Assembly: GCA_963768655.1 (NCBI GenBank)
Contig: CAVYIM010000004.1
Location: 320,001-384,000 of the forward strand
Direction: 5' to 3'
Length of the DNA: 64,000 bases
From: an uncultured Chloroflexia bacterium
GTDB taxonomy: Bacteria > Chloroflexota > Limnocylindria > Limnocylindrales > CSP1-4
A model generated the notes under the pieces. That model was not told the DNA's origin and ran no database searches. It saw only the letters and a list, made by a program, of their open reading frames with translations. This document shows, one piece after another, positions 51,366 through 61,199 of this stretch (its first letter is position 1; each line of letters starts with the position of its first letter). Made by a program: the position numbers and the translations under genes.

Positions 51366-51400
51366 TGTCCATCAGGGCAGTCGCGTTGCCCGAACGGTTG
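51366..51400. promoter_or_regulatory. Two palindromic-type sites in the sheath/DUF4255 divergent promoter
   Basis: TGTCC-ATCA-GGGCA and TGCCC-GAAC-GGTTG, 21 bp apart. Confidence 0.5.
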
Positions 51401-51542
51401 CCCCGCAACCACTTGCAGGGCCCCCGTTCCGCACCGAAGCTGGGGCGCGGCGAGCGCTGCCATTCGGCGGCGCGTGGCTGCCTGCCGTCGACGTCAGGAT
51501 CGGGACGGAGGAGCACATGGGTCGGGCCGACCGGATGTCCGG

Positions 51543-52295
51543 ATGATCGAGGTCTTCGACGAGACTCTCCGCGAGCTCGTGCGACGCGAGGTTCTGAACG
51601 GCAGCCAGGTCGAGATCGCCTTCGACGCGCCCACCAAGGATTGGGCGTCTCGCCGGAACGCCCCCGTCGTCAACCTGTACCTGTACGACATCAGAGACGA
51701 CCTGACTCGCCGCGAGGTCCAGTACGAGGAAGTCCGCGATCCGGCCGGCCGGGTCACCGAGAGGCGTCCGCCGGTCCACCGCTTCCGGCTCTCCTACATC
51801 GTCACCGCCTGGACCCAACGGCCGGAGGATGAGCACCGCCTCCTGTCTGCGTGCCTGGCAAGCTTCCTGCGGCACGAGACCCTGGCCCCGCGCGAGCTCT
51901 CCGGCGCCCTTGCGGCGCAGCCTCACCCGGTCCTCTTGAATGTGGCGCTGCCGCCCACCGAAGACCGCTCGATCGCCGACGTGTGGACGGCCCTGGGTGG
52001 CGAGCTCAAGCCTTCGATAGACCTGGTGGCCATCGTTCCGTTCGTCGTCGACCGACATCAGGAAGCAGGGCCGCCGGTCCTCGAAGCGCCGCGCCTGACG
52101 CTGACGTCGCGCCGGGAGTCTCCGGAACGGATCCCGAGCACGGGTCGGGGACGGGCCGCCGCCAGCGCCGGCGCCGGCGCGGGAGACGGGGGCGAGAGCC
52201 GGCTCGACGCGGGAGTGGCCGCGGAGACGGTCACGGGCGGGAGCGAGGATCAGCCGGGTCGGATCGTTCGCGTCCGATCGGTCCGTCGCCTATGA
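51543..52295 (+). CDS. DUF4255 / Pvc16-like cap (tail terminator) protein
   Basis: FDAPT..W, NLYLYDIR, LSY.VTAW...EDEHRLL, W.ALGGELKPS. Confidence 0.9.
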   Translation: MIEVFDETLRELVRREVLNGSQVEIAFDAPTKDWASRRNAPVVNLYLYDIRDDLTRREVQYEEVRDPAGRVTERRPPVHRFRLSYIVTAWTQRPEDEHRLLSACLASFLRHETLAPRELSGALAAQPHPVLLNVALPPTEDRSIADVWTALGGELKPSIDLVAIVPFVVDRHQEAGPPVLEAPRLTLTSRRESPERIPSTGRGRAAASAGAGAGDGGESRLDAGVAAETVTGGSEDQPGRIVRVRSVRRL

Positions 52296-54538
52296 CCGGG
52301 ACGGGTGTGCGGGACGCCGCTCCGGCGCGCGACGGCGCGCCGGAGGCGGCTGGAGGCGACCCCGAGATCGATCCGTCGCTGCGTCACCTGGCCGGCCGGA
52401 TGTCGATCGTCGAGGCTCGCGTAGGGATCCTCGTGGCGGCGAGGAGGGCTTCGAACGCCAACCCCGACGACAGGTTCCGAGGGCTGTACGTATCCGATTC
52501 CGACGCGGCGATGCTGGTCCAGGGCTCGGCCGCCCACGGTGCGGGTCCACCCGCGGGGCCGCCCGCGGCGACGGCTGCGGGGCCGCCGGCGGCGACGGCC
52601 CGGGGACCCGCGGCGGACACTGCGCCCGCGGAAGACGGGATCGCGACGGCCTTCGCCGCGGTCGAGGCCGACGCCGACCGGGCCGAGGCGGACGGCCGCG
52701 AGATCCGCCTGCGGACTCTGTCCCGCGCCTATGGGCTGGACCGGCTCGACGAGGAGCTGCTCCTGATCGCGCTCGCGCCCGATTTGGATCCACGGTACGA
52801 GCGGCTGTACGGGTACTTGAACGACGACGTCTCGAGGAGGCGCGCGTCGGTCGGCCTGGCGCTGACGCTGTGCGGCGTGTCGGTCAGCTCGGGCGTCGGG
52901 CGCGGCCGTCTCGGCGTATCCGGCCCGCTCGTGGCTGGTCGCCTGATCGAGATCGAAGACGCGGGCCGGCCATTCCTGACCCGCCTGCTCCGCGCTCGAG
53001 ATCGAGTGGTCGGTTTCCTGCTGGGCGACCCCACTCCGGACGCCGGGCTGGCGGGGTTGCTGCCGGCCGTCGATGGTCCCGCCTCGACTGAAACTGGCTC
53101 CCCTGATTCCGCCCGATCCGCCGAGGAAGCGATGCTGGAACGCGGCCTACGCGCCGGAGCGGGACTCGCCTACGTCCGCGACGGAGTGGGTTCGGACGGG
53201 CGCGGCATCGCCCTTGCCGGCTCGACGCGGACCGGAGCTCGAGTCATCGCCCTGGACCTCGAATCTCTCCCGCCCGAGCCGGACGTCCGGGGCGTCGCAG
53301 CCGCCGCGGCGCTGGAAGCGCGGCTTCGCGGCGGCGCCGTAGTCGCGGGGCCGCTCGACGTCCTGGCCGACCTGGGCCCGTGGGCCGTCTCCGCCTTCGC
53401 CGACCTGCCCTGCCGGGTCGTGCTCCACGGAACTCGAGCCTGGGACCCGCGATGGTCGCACCGTCCGCCGCTGTTCATCGAAGCGCCCCAGGCGACGGCG
53501 GCCGAGCGGTCGCGGGCCTGGCGGGCCTCGCTCGACGGGTTGCCCGGGGCCGACGATCTGGCCGCCGCCGTCTCGGCCTATCCATTCCGCCTCGCGCCGC
53601 CGGAGATCGCCCGGGCGACGAGCCTGGCCCGTCTTGCCGCAGCCGCGGCCGGTCGACCGGTCGCCGCCTCCGATCTGGCCGCCGGCGTTCGGGCCCGAAA
53701 TGCGACCGGCCTGCAGAAGCTCGCTCGCCGGATCGAGCCCCGGGCCGGGTGGTCGGACCTGATCCTGCCGCCCGACATCGTCGACCATCTGCACGACCTG
53801 TCGAACCGGGCCCGCCATCGCGACCAGGTCCTGGATGGCTGGGGACTCGGCGATCCGAACCGGGGTCGCGGGCTCACCGTCCTGTTCACCGGCGACTCCG
53901 GGACGGGCAAGACGCTGTCGGCCGAGGTCGTCGCCGGCACGCTGGGCCTGGAGATGTACCTGATCGACCTGTCCTCGGTCGTCGACAAGTACATCGGGGA
54001 GACGGAGAAGAACCTCGACCGCGTCTTCAGCCAGGCCGACGGAGTCAACGGCGTGCTCCTCTTCGATGAGGCCGACGCCATCTTCGGGAAGCGTTCCGAG
54101 GTTCGCGACGCCCACGATCGCTACGCCAACGTGGAGATAGCCTATCTGCTCCAGCGGATGGAGCGCTTCGACGGCATGGCGATCCTGACCACGAATCTGC
54201 GGGCCAACCTCGACGATGCTTTCCTGCGCCGGCTGGACGTGCTGGTCGACTTTCCGATGCCCGACGAGGCCCAGCGACGCCGCCTCTGGCAGCGCCATCT
54301 ACCTTCCAGCCTGCCCGTCTCTGACGACTTGGACCTCGATTTCCTGGCCCGCAGCTTCCGGGTTTCCGGCGGCAGCATCCGAAACATCGTGGCCACGGCC
54401 GCCTACAACGCCGCAGCCGGTGACCGGCCCGTGGCGATGGCGGACCTCATCAGGGGCACCGAACGCGAATACCGAAAGCTCGGACACCTCAACACGGAGG
54501 CCGAGTTCGGGCCCTACTTCCATCAACTGGGATCGTGA
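52292..54538 (+). CDS. CIS-associated AAA+ ATPase (Afp15/Pvc15-like)
   Basis: GDSGTGKT, VVDKYIGETEKNL, LFDEADAIFGKR, DRYAN. Confidence 0.92.
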   Translation: MTGTGVRDAAPARDGAPEAAGGDPEIDPSLRHLAGRMSIVEARVGILVAARRASNANPDDRFRGLYVSDSDAAMLVQGSAAHGAGPPAGPPAATAAGPPAATARGPAADTAPAEDGIATAFAAVEADADRAEADGREIRLRTLSRAYGLDRLDEELLLIALAPDLDPRYERLYGYLNDDVSRRRASVGLALTLCGVSVSSGVGRGRLGVSGPLVAGRLIEIEDAGRPFLTRLLRARDRVVGFLLGDPTPDAGLAGLLPAVDGPASTETGSPDSARSAEEAMLERGLRAGAGLAYVRDGVGSDGRGIALAGSTRTGARVIALDLESLPPEPDVRGVAAAAALEARLRGGAVVAGPLDVLADLGPWAVSAFADLPCRVVLHGTRAWDPRWSHRPPLFIEAPQATAAERSRAWRASLDGLPGADDLAAAVSAYPFRLAPPEIARATSLARLAAAAAGRPVAASDLAAGVRARNATGLQKLARRIEPRAGWSDLILPPDIVDHLHDLSNRARHRDQVLDGWGLGDPNRGRGLTVLFTGDSGTGKTLSAEVVAGTLGLEMYLIDLSSVVDKYIGETEKNLDRVFSQADGVNGVLLFDEADAIFGKRSEVRDAHDRYANVEIAYLLQRMERFDGMAILTTNLRANLDDAFLRRLDVLVDFPMPDEAQRRRLWQRHLPSSLPVSDDLDLDFLARSFRVSGGSIRNIVATAAYNAAAGDRPVAMADLIRGTEREYRKLGHLNTEAEFGPYFHQLGS

Positions 54539-54551
54539 CGGAGGCTGAAGC

Positions 54552-55589
54552 ATGAGCAGCCGGGATCGCACGCGAACACACGCGCACGAGCAGGCCGAAG
54601 TCGTGCCGGCGCGGCGCCGGCCCCAGCCGGCCGCGGAAGAGGCGGTCGAGGGCGAGGCGCTGCATGCTACTGATCTCGCGCGGCCGGCCGGGCTCGGTCA
54701 GACGGAGATCCGACATCTACAGCGGACCGCCGGCAACTCCGCCGTCGCATCGCTGATGGACGACCTCGACGAGGTGGATCCGGTTCCGGGCGATGGCCAG
54801 CGGCTCGATCCGGCCTTCGAGGCCAGGATGGCCCAGGCGTTCGGGACCGACTTCTCCGACGTCCGGGTCCACGACGGCGCCGATGCCGCGGCCTCCGCTG
54901 CCGCCTTCGAGGCCCGTGCCTACACCATCGGCAACGACATCGTCCGGGGCGAAGGCTCGGGCGACGATCGGACGATGGCCCACGAGCTCGCCCATGTCGT
55001 CCAGCAGCGGAACGGGCCGGTCGGCGGAGCTCCCGTCGGCGGGGCCAACGTGGCGCGTTTCTCGATCAGCGATCCGAGCGACGCCCTGGAGCAGGCGGCC
55101 AATTCCGCGGCCAGTTCCGTGATGGGCGGCGGAATGCCGAGCATCCCCGGCCTGGGCAGCCTGCCCGGTCTGGGCGGCGGCATGCCGAGCATCCCCGGCC
55201 TGGGCAGCCTGCCCGGTCTGGGCGGCGGCATGCCGAGCCTGCCGAGCATCCCCGGCCTGGGCAGCCTGCCCGGTCTGGGCGGCGGCATGCCGAGCCTGCC
55301 GAGCATCCCCGGCCTGGGCAGCCTGCCCGGTCTGGGCGGCGGCATGCCGAGCCTGCCGAGCATCCCCGGCCTGGGCAGCCTCCCCGGTCTGGGCGGCGGC
55401 ATGCCGAGCCTGCCGAGCATCCCCGGCCTGGGCAGCATCCCCGGTCTGGGCGGCGGCATGCCGAGCATCCCGGGTCTCGGCGGCCTGCCCGAGCCCGGGC
55501 AGCTCGAAGACGACCTGACCAAGGGCGCATCCGGCCTCATGGGCTCCCTCGGCGGACTCGCCGGCTCTCTTGGCGGGCTCTTCGGCTAG
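54552..55589 (+). CDS. DUF4157 (eCIS core domain) protein with C-terminal Gly/Pro/Leu repeats
   Basis: [37 protein letters not shown]. Confidence 0.9.
   Translation: MSSRDRTRTHAHEQAEVVPARRRPQPAAEEAVEGEALHATDLARPAGLGQTEIRHLQRTAGNSAVASLMDDLDEVDPVPGDGQRLDPAFEARMAQAFGTDFSDVRVHDGADAAASAAAFEARAYTIGNDIVRGEGSGDDRTMAHELAHVVQQRNGPVGGAPVGGANVARFSISDPSDALEQAANSAASSVMGGGMPSIPGLGSLPGLGGGMPSIPGLGSLPGLGGGMPSLPSIPGLGSLPGLGGGMPSLPSIPGLGSLPGLGGGMPSLPSIPGLGSLPGLGGGMPSLPSIPGLGSIPGLGGGMPSIPGLGGLPEPGQLEDDLTKGASGLMGSLGGLAGSLGGLFG
55134..55490 (+). repeat. Coding tandem repeat: 2 x 48 bp, 4 x 57 bp and a partial unit
   Basis: MPS(LPS)[13 protein letters not shown] units. Confidence 0.95.
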
Positions 55590-55652
55590 AGGAGGCGTCC
55601 GGGGCGGGTCGCCTGCGGCGGCCGGGCCGGCTCCGGCGGACGCGGGCCGCCT

Positions 55653-56279
55653 CTAGATGAGGCCCTGGCGAATCACGTAGGCGACCGCGTGGGCGCGGTT
55701 GCGCAGCTCGAACCGGACTGTCACGTCGTGGATGATGTTCTTGACCGTCCGCTCGGAGAAGTACAGCTCGCGTCCCACTTCCGCCGTGTCGTGGCCGTCC
55801 GCGATCAGCTTGAGGACCGCGACCTCGCGTTCGGTCAACCCGCCGAGAGTCAGGCCGCGCGGAGACAGCACCTGGCGCTGCAGCCGTCCGACCTGGGCGA
55901 GGAGCCGGCCCAGCAGGTCGGGTGGCAGCGTGCCGTCGCCTTCCGCGGCCCGCCGGATCGCCTGTTCGAGCGTGGCGGCGTCACTGTTCCGACGGACGAT
56001 GCCACTCACGCCGGCTTCTACGGCGGCGAGCAGGCCTGCGTCGTCGATCCGGCCCACGAGCAGCACGACCCGCCGAAGGCCGGCCGCCGGTGTCGTGCGG
56101 ATGGCCTGGATGGTGGCCCCGTCCGCTTCTTCGGCCGCGATCAGCGTGACGCCGCCTTCGGGTGTCGGACCGGAAGTGAGGACGATGTCGGGCTTGCGGC
56201 CGAGCCTGGCCTCGATGCCCGCTCGAGTCAGCGGATCCGCGCCGCTCAGCGACACGACGATCTTGTTCTGGGACGCCAT
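55653..56279 (-). CDS. LuxR/NarL-family regulator with degenerate receiver domain
   Basis: LTERE..VL.LIADG...SERTVKN...LRNRAHAVAY; GGAGG RBS. Confidence 0.9.
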   Translation of the reverse strand: MASQNKIVVSLSGADPLTRAGIEARLGRKPDIVLTSGPTPEGGVTLIAAEEADGATIQAIRTTPAAGLRRVVLLVGRIDDAGLLAAVEAGVSGIVRRNSDAATLEQAIRRAAEGDGTLPPDLLGRLLAQVGRLQRQVLSPRGLTLGGLTEREVAVLKLIADGHDTAEVGRELYFSERTVKNIIHDVTVRFELRNRAHAVAYVIRQGLI

Positions 56280-56387
56280 CTGAACATCTCCTCCCGCCCC
56301 GCATTCACGGGGCCTCGGCGGTCTGGACGGAGCGGGCCGGATTTTGCCACCGAGCGGATTCCGTGGACTTAACGTGCAGTTAGCGGG

Positions 56388-56453
56388 CGCCTCAAGAGGC
56401 CGAAGTCTGCCCCTTAGGGCAACGCGATCCACCCCTCGGCGCCTTTTCAGGCA
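56388..56453. promoter_or_regulatory. Three YGCCY-N4-RGGCA-type palindromes in the LuxR/accessory divergent promoter
   Basis: CGCCT-CAAG-AGGCC (56388), TGCCC-CTTA-GGGCA (56408), CGCCT-TTTC-AGGCA (56440). Confidence 0.6.
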
Positions 56454-56482
56454 GTTGGGCAGCCGCGAAACTTCGAGCCAAT

Positions 56483-57763
56483 ATGGCATCGATCGTGAAG
56501 CTCCCGAGCGACGTGGTCCAGGTCGTCCCCGGTTCCGAGGCGACCATCCCGGTCACCGTCCGGAACACCGGCACCGTCGTGGACCAATTCACCATCGAAG
56601 TCCTCGGCGAAGCAGCCGCCTGGGCGACCGTCCAGCCCCCGACCCTTTCGCTGTTCCCCGGCGCCGAGGGCAAGGCCGTCGTCACCTTCGCGCCCCCGCG
56701 CGTGGCCTCCGTTCCCGCCGGCCCGCTCGTCTTTGGGATCCGAGTGGCTTCGCACGAAGACCCGACAGGGAGCACGGTGGAGGAGGGGAATCTCAACGTC
56801 GCGGTGTTCGCGGACACGTTCGCCGAACTCCTGCCTCGCACGTCCGCCGGGAGTCGCTCCGCGTCCCACAGCCTGGCGATCGACAACCGGGGCAACGCCG
56901 CCCTCAATGCCACGGTGGCCGGCACCGATCCCGACAATCTGCTCAACATCGCCGCTAAGCCCGCCGGCCTGGTCGTCGACCCGGGAACGGCCGCCTTCGC
57001 GAGCATTCACGTTTCGCCGCGCAAGAGCTTCTGGCGCGGCCAACCGAAAACGCGTCCGTTCAAGCTCCAGGTTGAGTCGCCCGACGGCGCTCCTCTGGTT
57101 CTGGACGGCACGATGCTCCAACAGCCCGTCCTTCCGGGCTGGCTTGGGAAGGCTCTGCTGCTGTGCCTGGCACTGCTGCTCCTGGCGGCGTTGCTCTGGT
57201 TCGGGCTGCTTCAGCCCGACATCAAATCGACTGCCCAGCAGGCCCTGGCCGACGCCGGATACACGCCTCACCCGTCCGGCGCGGCAGCTACGCCGGCGCC
57301 GACCGCGGCCGCGACGCCGACCGCGGCGCCCAGCGCGGCGCCGAGCCCGAAGCCCAGCTCGACGCCAGGGCCGACGTCGGGGCCGACGGCCGGGCCGACC
57401 GCCAGCCCGTCGCCGCTGTCGCCCTTCGCCGGAACCCCCGTCGACGGCCGCCTCACGGCCAACGGGAAGCCCAATTCGACCGGGCCGGTCGCGGCGGGAG
57501 AGGTTCTCTACATCACTGACCTCATCTTCGAAAACCCGAATGGGTTGAGCGGGCCCGCGCAGCTTGTACGTAAGGGCCTGGTGATCGCGGATCTCCAGCT
57601 CGAGAACTTCCGCGACCTCGACTACCACTTCATCACACCGATCGTGCTCGACGCCGGCGACGGACTCACCTTCACCGCGAGTTGCCCTCCCAACAACCTG
57701 GCGACGGCGCCACCTCTGCCATGCACCCCATCCGTCTACTACTCCGGCTTCACCATCCCGTAA
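56483..57763 (+). CDS. CIS-associated single-TM protein with N-terminal Ig-like (COG1470-type) domains
   Basis: VRNTGTVVDQF, LSLFPG, EL.PRT, N.GN; TM; LENFRDLDYHF.TPI. Confidence 0.8.
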   Translation: MASIVKLPSDVVQVVPGSEATIPVTVRNTGTVVDQFTIEVLGEAAAWATVQPPTLSLFPGAEGKAVVTFAPPRVASVPAGPLVFGIRVASHEDPTGSTVEEGNLNVAVFADTFAELLPRTSAGSRSASHSLAIDNRGNAALNATVAGTDPDNLLNIAAKPAGLVVDPGTAAFASIHVSPRKSFWRGQPKTRPFKLQVESPDGAPLVLDGTMLQQPVLPGWLGKALLLCLALLLLAALLWFGLLQPDIKSTAQQALADAGYTPHPSGAAATPAPTAAATPTAAPSAAPSPKPSSTPGPTSGPTAGPTASPSPLSPFAGTPVDGRLTANGKPNSTGPVAAGEVLYITDLIFENPNGLSGPAQLVRKGLVIADLQLENFRDLDYHFITPIVLDAGDGLTFTASCPPNNLATAPPLPCTPSVYYSGFTIP

Positions 57764-58305
57764 GCGGGCGCTCGATCGGGCGGGGCCTGGCCGCGGCAAG
57801 CATCCTGACTCTCGCGGCAGCTTCCGGCCCGACCGCCCCGATCACCGCCGGCGCCGAGATCGCGGCGTCTGCGGGACCGGCCGGCTACGGCGCCACGACT
57901 CAGCCGCAGGCCGAGATCCTGCTCCCACCCACGATCACGCTGTCACTCTCCGTTGGACCGCCCGGTTCCGTGACCACCGTGACCGGCAGCAACTTCGCGG
58001 GCCAGCAGCCGGTCCTGTTGCAGTGGTCGACGGGTGTCCCATACCAGCTGCCGAATCCCGTAGTAACCCGGGACGACGGCACGTTCCAGGTCCAGTTCCT
58101 GGTCGTCGCCGGGGACGATGTCTTTGGGCCGCGTGAGCTCCAGGCGGCCATTCCCTTCGTCGGCTTCTTCGGCGCGCCAACGACCACCAATGGGCGGGTC
58201 GTCGCCCAGGCCCAGTTCCTGGTCGTGCCGCACACCGCCGGGCCACCGACAGACGACATCATCCACGCCATCTGGGGGTCGCGGCCGTTCTTCTTCCGGC
58301 ACTGA
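57760..58305 (+). CDS. Hypothetical exported Ig-like protein; start uncertain
   Basis: Signal-like segment, then GPPG.V..VTG..F...V.L.W. Confidence 0.55.
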   Translation, partial: VSGRSIGRGLAAASILTLAAASGPTAPITAGAEIAASAGPAGYGATTQPQAEILLPPTITLSLSVGPPGSVTTVTGSNFAGQQPVLLQWSTGVPYQLPNPVVTRDDGTFQVQFLVVAGDDVFGPRELQAAIPFVGFFGAPTTTNGRVVAQAQFLVVPHTAGPPTDDIIHAIWGSRPFFFRH

Positions 58306-58355
58306 GGCCCTTCGGGCGAACGTCGACGCCGGTCGGCGCCGGACGCGGCCGCCTG

Positions 58356-59837
58356 TCAGATGCTGGAGAGCGGTGCCGACGTTCCGAGGATGTTGCCGGA
58401 AGCGTCGCGCGCGCGAACCGCAACGAACGGTTTCGTCGTCGTCAGGGTGATTGCGGTTTCGAAGCCCGACCGCGGTGCCGTGGCCACGCTGCTCAGGTCG
58501 GCAGCGCCGGTCCCCGCCAGGACGTCCCAGGCGGCGACCTCGGTGGCTCCGTTCCAGCTGGCGTAGACCAGCAGCGATCCGCCCTGCTTCTCGAGCGCGA
58601 TCGCGGGCGCGTCCGCCGGCTGCCCGACCCACGGGAAGCGATAGTCGCGATAGGACTGCGAGGCCGCGAATGTCGAATTGATCAGCAGCTTGCCGTCGCC
58701 GCTGAACTCACTGAAATGCGGCAGGCTGCCCCAGCCGACGAACACGTCGCCGTTGGGCAGGATCTGCACGTTGCCCTGGCTCGTCGCGAACAGTCCCTGC
58801 GGCTGGGCGTATTCGCGCACGAGCGTCGCCGTCATGGCCGTCTCGTCGAGGCGCAGGACGATCGCGCGTGAGGGTCCGGGCCCGGCTCCGTCGTCGAACA
58901 GGGTGAGCGTCCCATCGGCTTGCCGGCGCGCATCGTGCTGGTAGTTGAAGGTCGTTCCGGGCCCCATGGCGAAGTCGCTGCGCTTTCCACCCAGTCGCCA
59001 TCGGATCTCGCCGCTCTGCCGATCGATCTTGTAGATCGTCGAAGTGTTCCGAGCGGAGACGAGGAGGGTTCCGTCCGTGTCGACATCGATCGAGTTGGCG
59101 TGGACGTAGTCGTAGACCGCGTTGGGCGCGGTGGGGGCGCCCACGGTCGACTCCTCGACCTCGATGTAGTCGGCGGTGTGCCACTCGAAGAGCAGAAGGC
59201 CAGTCGTGAGGTCGATCTCCTGGATGGCGCAATCCATGATCGGCCAGGGGGCGGGCGTCGCGCCTGCCGGAGACGTCGGCGCGACCGCGGCATCGGCGAA
59301 GAAGAGGGCCGTGCCGTCCGGTGTGAGCTGCAGCTCGTGGAGGTCGGCCTGCCTGCCGTTCATCGCCTGGATCCGCATGAGCTCCTGGTATGAGCTGTCG
59401 ACCACGATGTGCTCGCCCGATCCGATACCGCCGTTGTTGGACCCCTCCCACCACGTCAGCACCGGTTTGCCCTGGTAGCTGGCGACCCGCAGGTCTGTCA
59501 CGACCTGGCCGGTGCCGGGACGCTCCCAGACGAGCTCGCCCGCGTTGTCGACGATCGTCGGTCCGTTCAAATTCCCGCCATCGGCCGGAGTGAAGAAGAT
59601 GAAGCCCGGTGCGACGGCGCGCGCGGGAGTCGTCGTCTGGATGGACGGTGGGATGAGATCGGGCCGCGAGCGGTAGGTGAGGTTGGGCGTGGGCGTCGCG
59701 GCGGCCTGGAACGCGGCTGGCCAACCTCGCAACAGTTCGAGAGTCGTGACGGCCGCTCCGCCGACGGCGACGGCGCCGACCGCAATGAGCACCTGGCGCC
59801 GCGTCATCAGGCGCCCCGCCGTTGCCGGGCCGGGCAT
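58356..59837 (-). CDS. Arylsulfotransferase (ASST) family protein with Tat-like signal
   Basis: TRRQVL, SRPDL.PP, DLHE, DY.HANS, QHDAR, SQGN.Q.LPNG. Confidence 0.88.
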   Translation of the reverse strand: MPGPATAGRLMTRRQVLIAVGAVAVGGAAVTTLELLRGWPAAFQAAATPTPNLTYRSRPDLIPPSIQTTTPARAVAPGFIFFTPADGGNLNGPTIVDNAGELVWERPGTGQVVTDLRVASYQGKPVLTWWEGSNNGGIGSGEHIVVDSSYQELMRIQAMNGRQADLHELQLTPDGTALFFADAAVAPTSPAGATPAPWPIMDCAIQEIDLTTGLLLFEWHTADYIEVEESTVGAPTAPNAVYDYVHANSIDVDTDGTLLVSARNTSTIYKIDRQSGEIRWRLGGKRSDFAMGPGTTFNYQHDARRQADGTLTLFDDGAGPGPSRAIVLRLDETAMTATLVREYAQPQGLFATSQGNVQILPNGDVFVGWGSLPHFSEFSGDGKLLINSTFAASQSYRDYRFPWVGQPADAPAIALEKQGGSLLVYASWNGATEVAAWDVLAGTGAADLSSVATAPRSGFETAITLTTTKPFVAVRARDASGNILGTSAPLSSI

Positions 59838-60269
59838 TCGAGCCTCCAGTGCTGTCGGCCACGCTCGCGTGGTCGGTTCGTGGACCGGAATCTGGCGTGA
59901 CTCGTCGGGGAACCGGGCGCCAGGAGCCGCCGCACCCATCCTAACGTGGAGTGCTTCCCACCCGGCCCGCCCCACCCTCGACGGACCGGGCTGCGAGACC
60001 GGGGCCCGAAGCGCGAGCCCGGGTCTTGCCGCCAGAGTCCTGCAAGCGAAGGTTTTCGGCCGCCGTGGGTTCCGGTGAAGGGCGGTCCAGGGTCCAGGCT
60101 CGACGCGAGTCAGCCTGGCTCGCCCGGGGTCGACCGAGTCCGGCGCGGCCCGGTTAGGACGAAGGGGTGCTGGGCAGAGGCTTTCAGGACACGGGCCGGG
60201 CGAAAGGCTAGTCTTGCGATAGGGGGACGCTTCTTTTGAGTGGGGGAGTAAGCGCGAGGAGGTGCTCAG

Positions 60270-61199
60270 GTGGTGCGTGTCCGCAGGCCGGTTCTAGCCG
60301 TGTTGGTAGGCGTCGCGGTCATCGTCGGTGGTTGCTCGGGCGGCAGCACCGCGTCACCCACCGAGGCCGCCGCAACGGTTGGCCCGACGCCGACCGCCGT
60401 CGCCGCGCCCACGCCCACGCCGGCCGATCCGGATGCGCTCTTCGGCCTGGGCATCGCGGAGGGTCCCGCCTGGAAGTCGTTCCACCTCAAGATCACCCTG
60501 GACGGCACCATCAAGTCCGCCTTCCTCAAGACCCTGGGCAACCGCAGCTGGGCGAACCTCAAGAGCGATGCAGTACTCGATGGCACCTCGATCGAGGGCG
60601 ACGTAGATGCCCCGGATCTGGCGTTTCAGCTGGCCATCACCGTGCCGGCGATCTCCGCCCTTGGAACCGTCCCGATCACCGGCGACGTGGTCGTCAAGAA
60701 CTCGGACCTGTATCTGAAGTTGAGCGATCTGGGAGCCAAGTACCACGAGGTCAAGCTGGGCACCATGAGCAAGGAGCTGGGTCTTCCGGTGTCGGTCCCA
60801 ACTCCGGGTGCATCAGCGCTCACGGGGCTGGCAGACATGACCGCCAGCCTGCGCAGTCAGCTCGAGGCGGACGGCGTCACGCCCAAGGTGGTCGGGGTCG
60901 ATCAGATCGGTGGCCGTGACGCATACCACATCGACCTTACGGTGCCGCTCGACAAGATCAACGCGGACCTGGCCGCGGCCACGGCCACCGAAGGCGCGAG
61001 TGTCCTGCGGGGGATCAAGATCGACTCGGTCTCGTCGGGCATCTGGATCTACGAGGACAACTACGAGCTTGCCCAGGTTCAGATCGCCGGCGCCTCGTCG
61101 AGCGTGGGCAACCTGAGCTTCACGATGACCCTGACCAACTTCGACCAGCCGGTCACGATCAACGCCCCGGCCGCGAGCGACGTTGCGGCGGGCCTGTAG
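60270..61199 (+). CDS. Lipoprotein, LppX/LprAFG-like
   Basis: VGGC lipobox; SFH, VG...G..AYH, FDQPVTI.AP. Confidence 0.7.
   Translation: MVRVRRPVLAVLVGVAVIVGGCSGGSTASPTEAAATVGPTPTAVAAPTPTPADPDALFGLGIAEGPAWKSFHLKITLDGTIKSAFLKTLGNRSWANLKSDAVLDGTSIEGDVDAPDLAFQLAITVPAISALGTVPITGDVVVKNSDLYLKLSDLGAKYHEVKLGTMSKELGLPVSVPTPGASALTGLADMTASLRSQLEADGVTPKVVGVDQIGGRDAYHIDLTVPLDKINADLAAATATEGASVLRGIKIDSVSSGIWIYEDNYELAQVQIAGASSSVGNLSFTMTLTNFDQPVTINAPAASDVAAGL

Noticed and set aside
39100-54538. Prophage or T6SS
   Set aside because: No capsid, portal, terminase or integrase, and no TssJLM/TssK/ClpV; DUF4255, the Afp15-like ATPase and DUF4157 indicate a CIS
55134-55490. CRISPR array
   Set aside because: Units are contiguous, in frame and have no unique spacers
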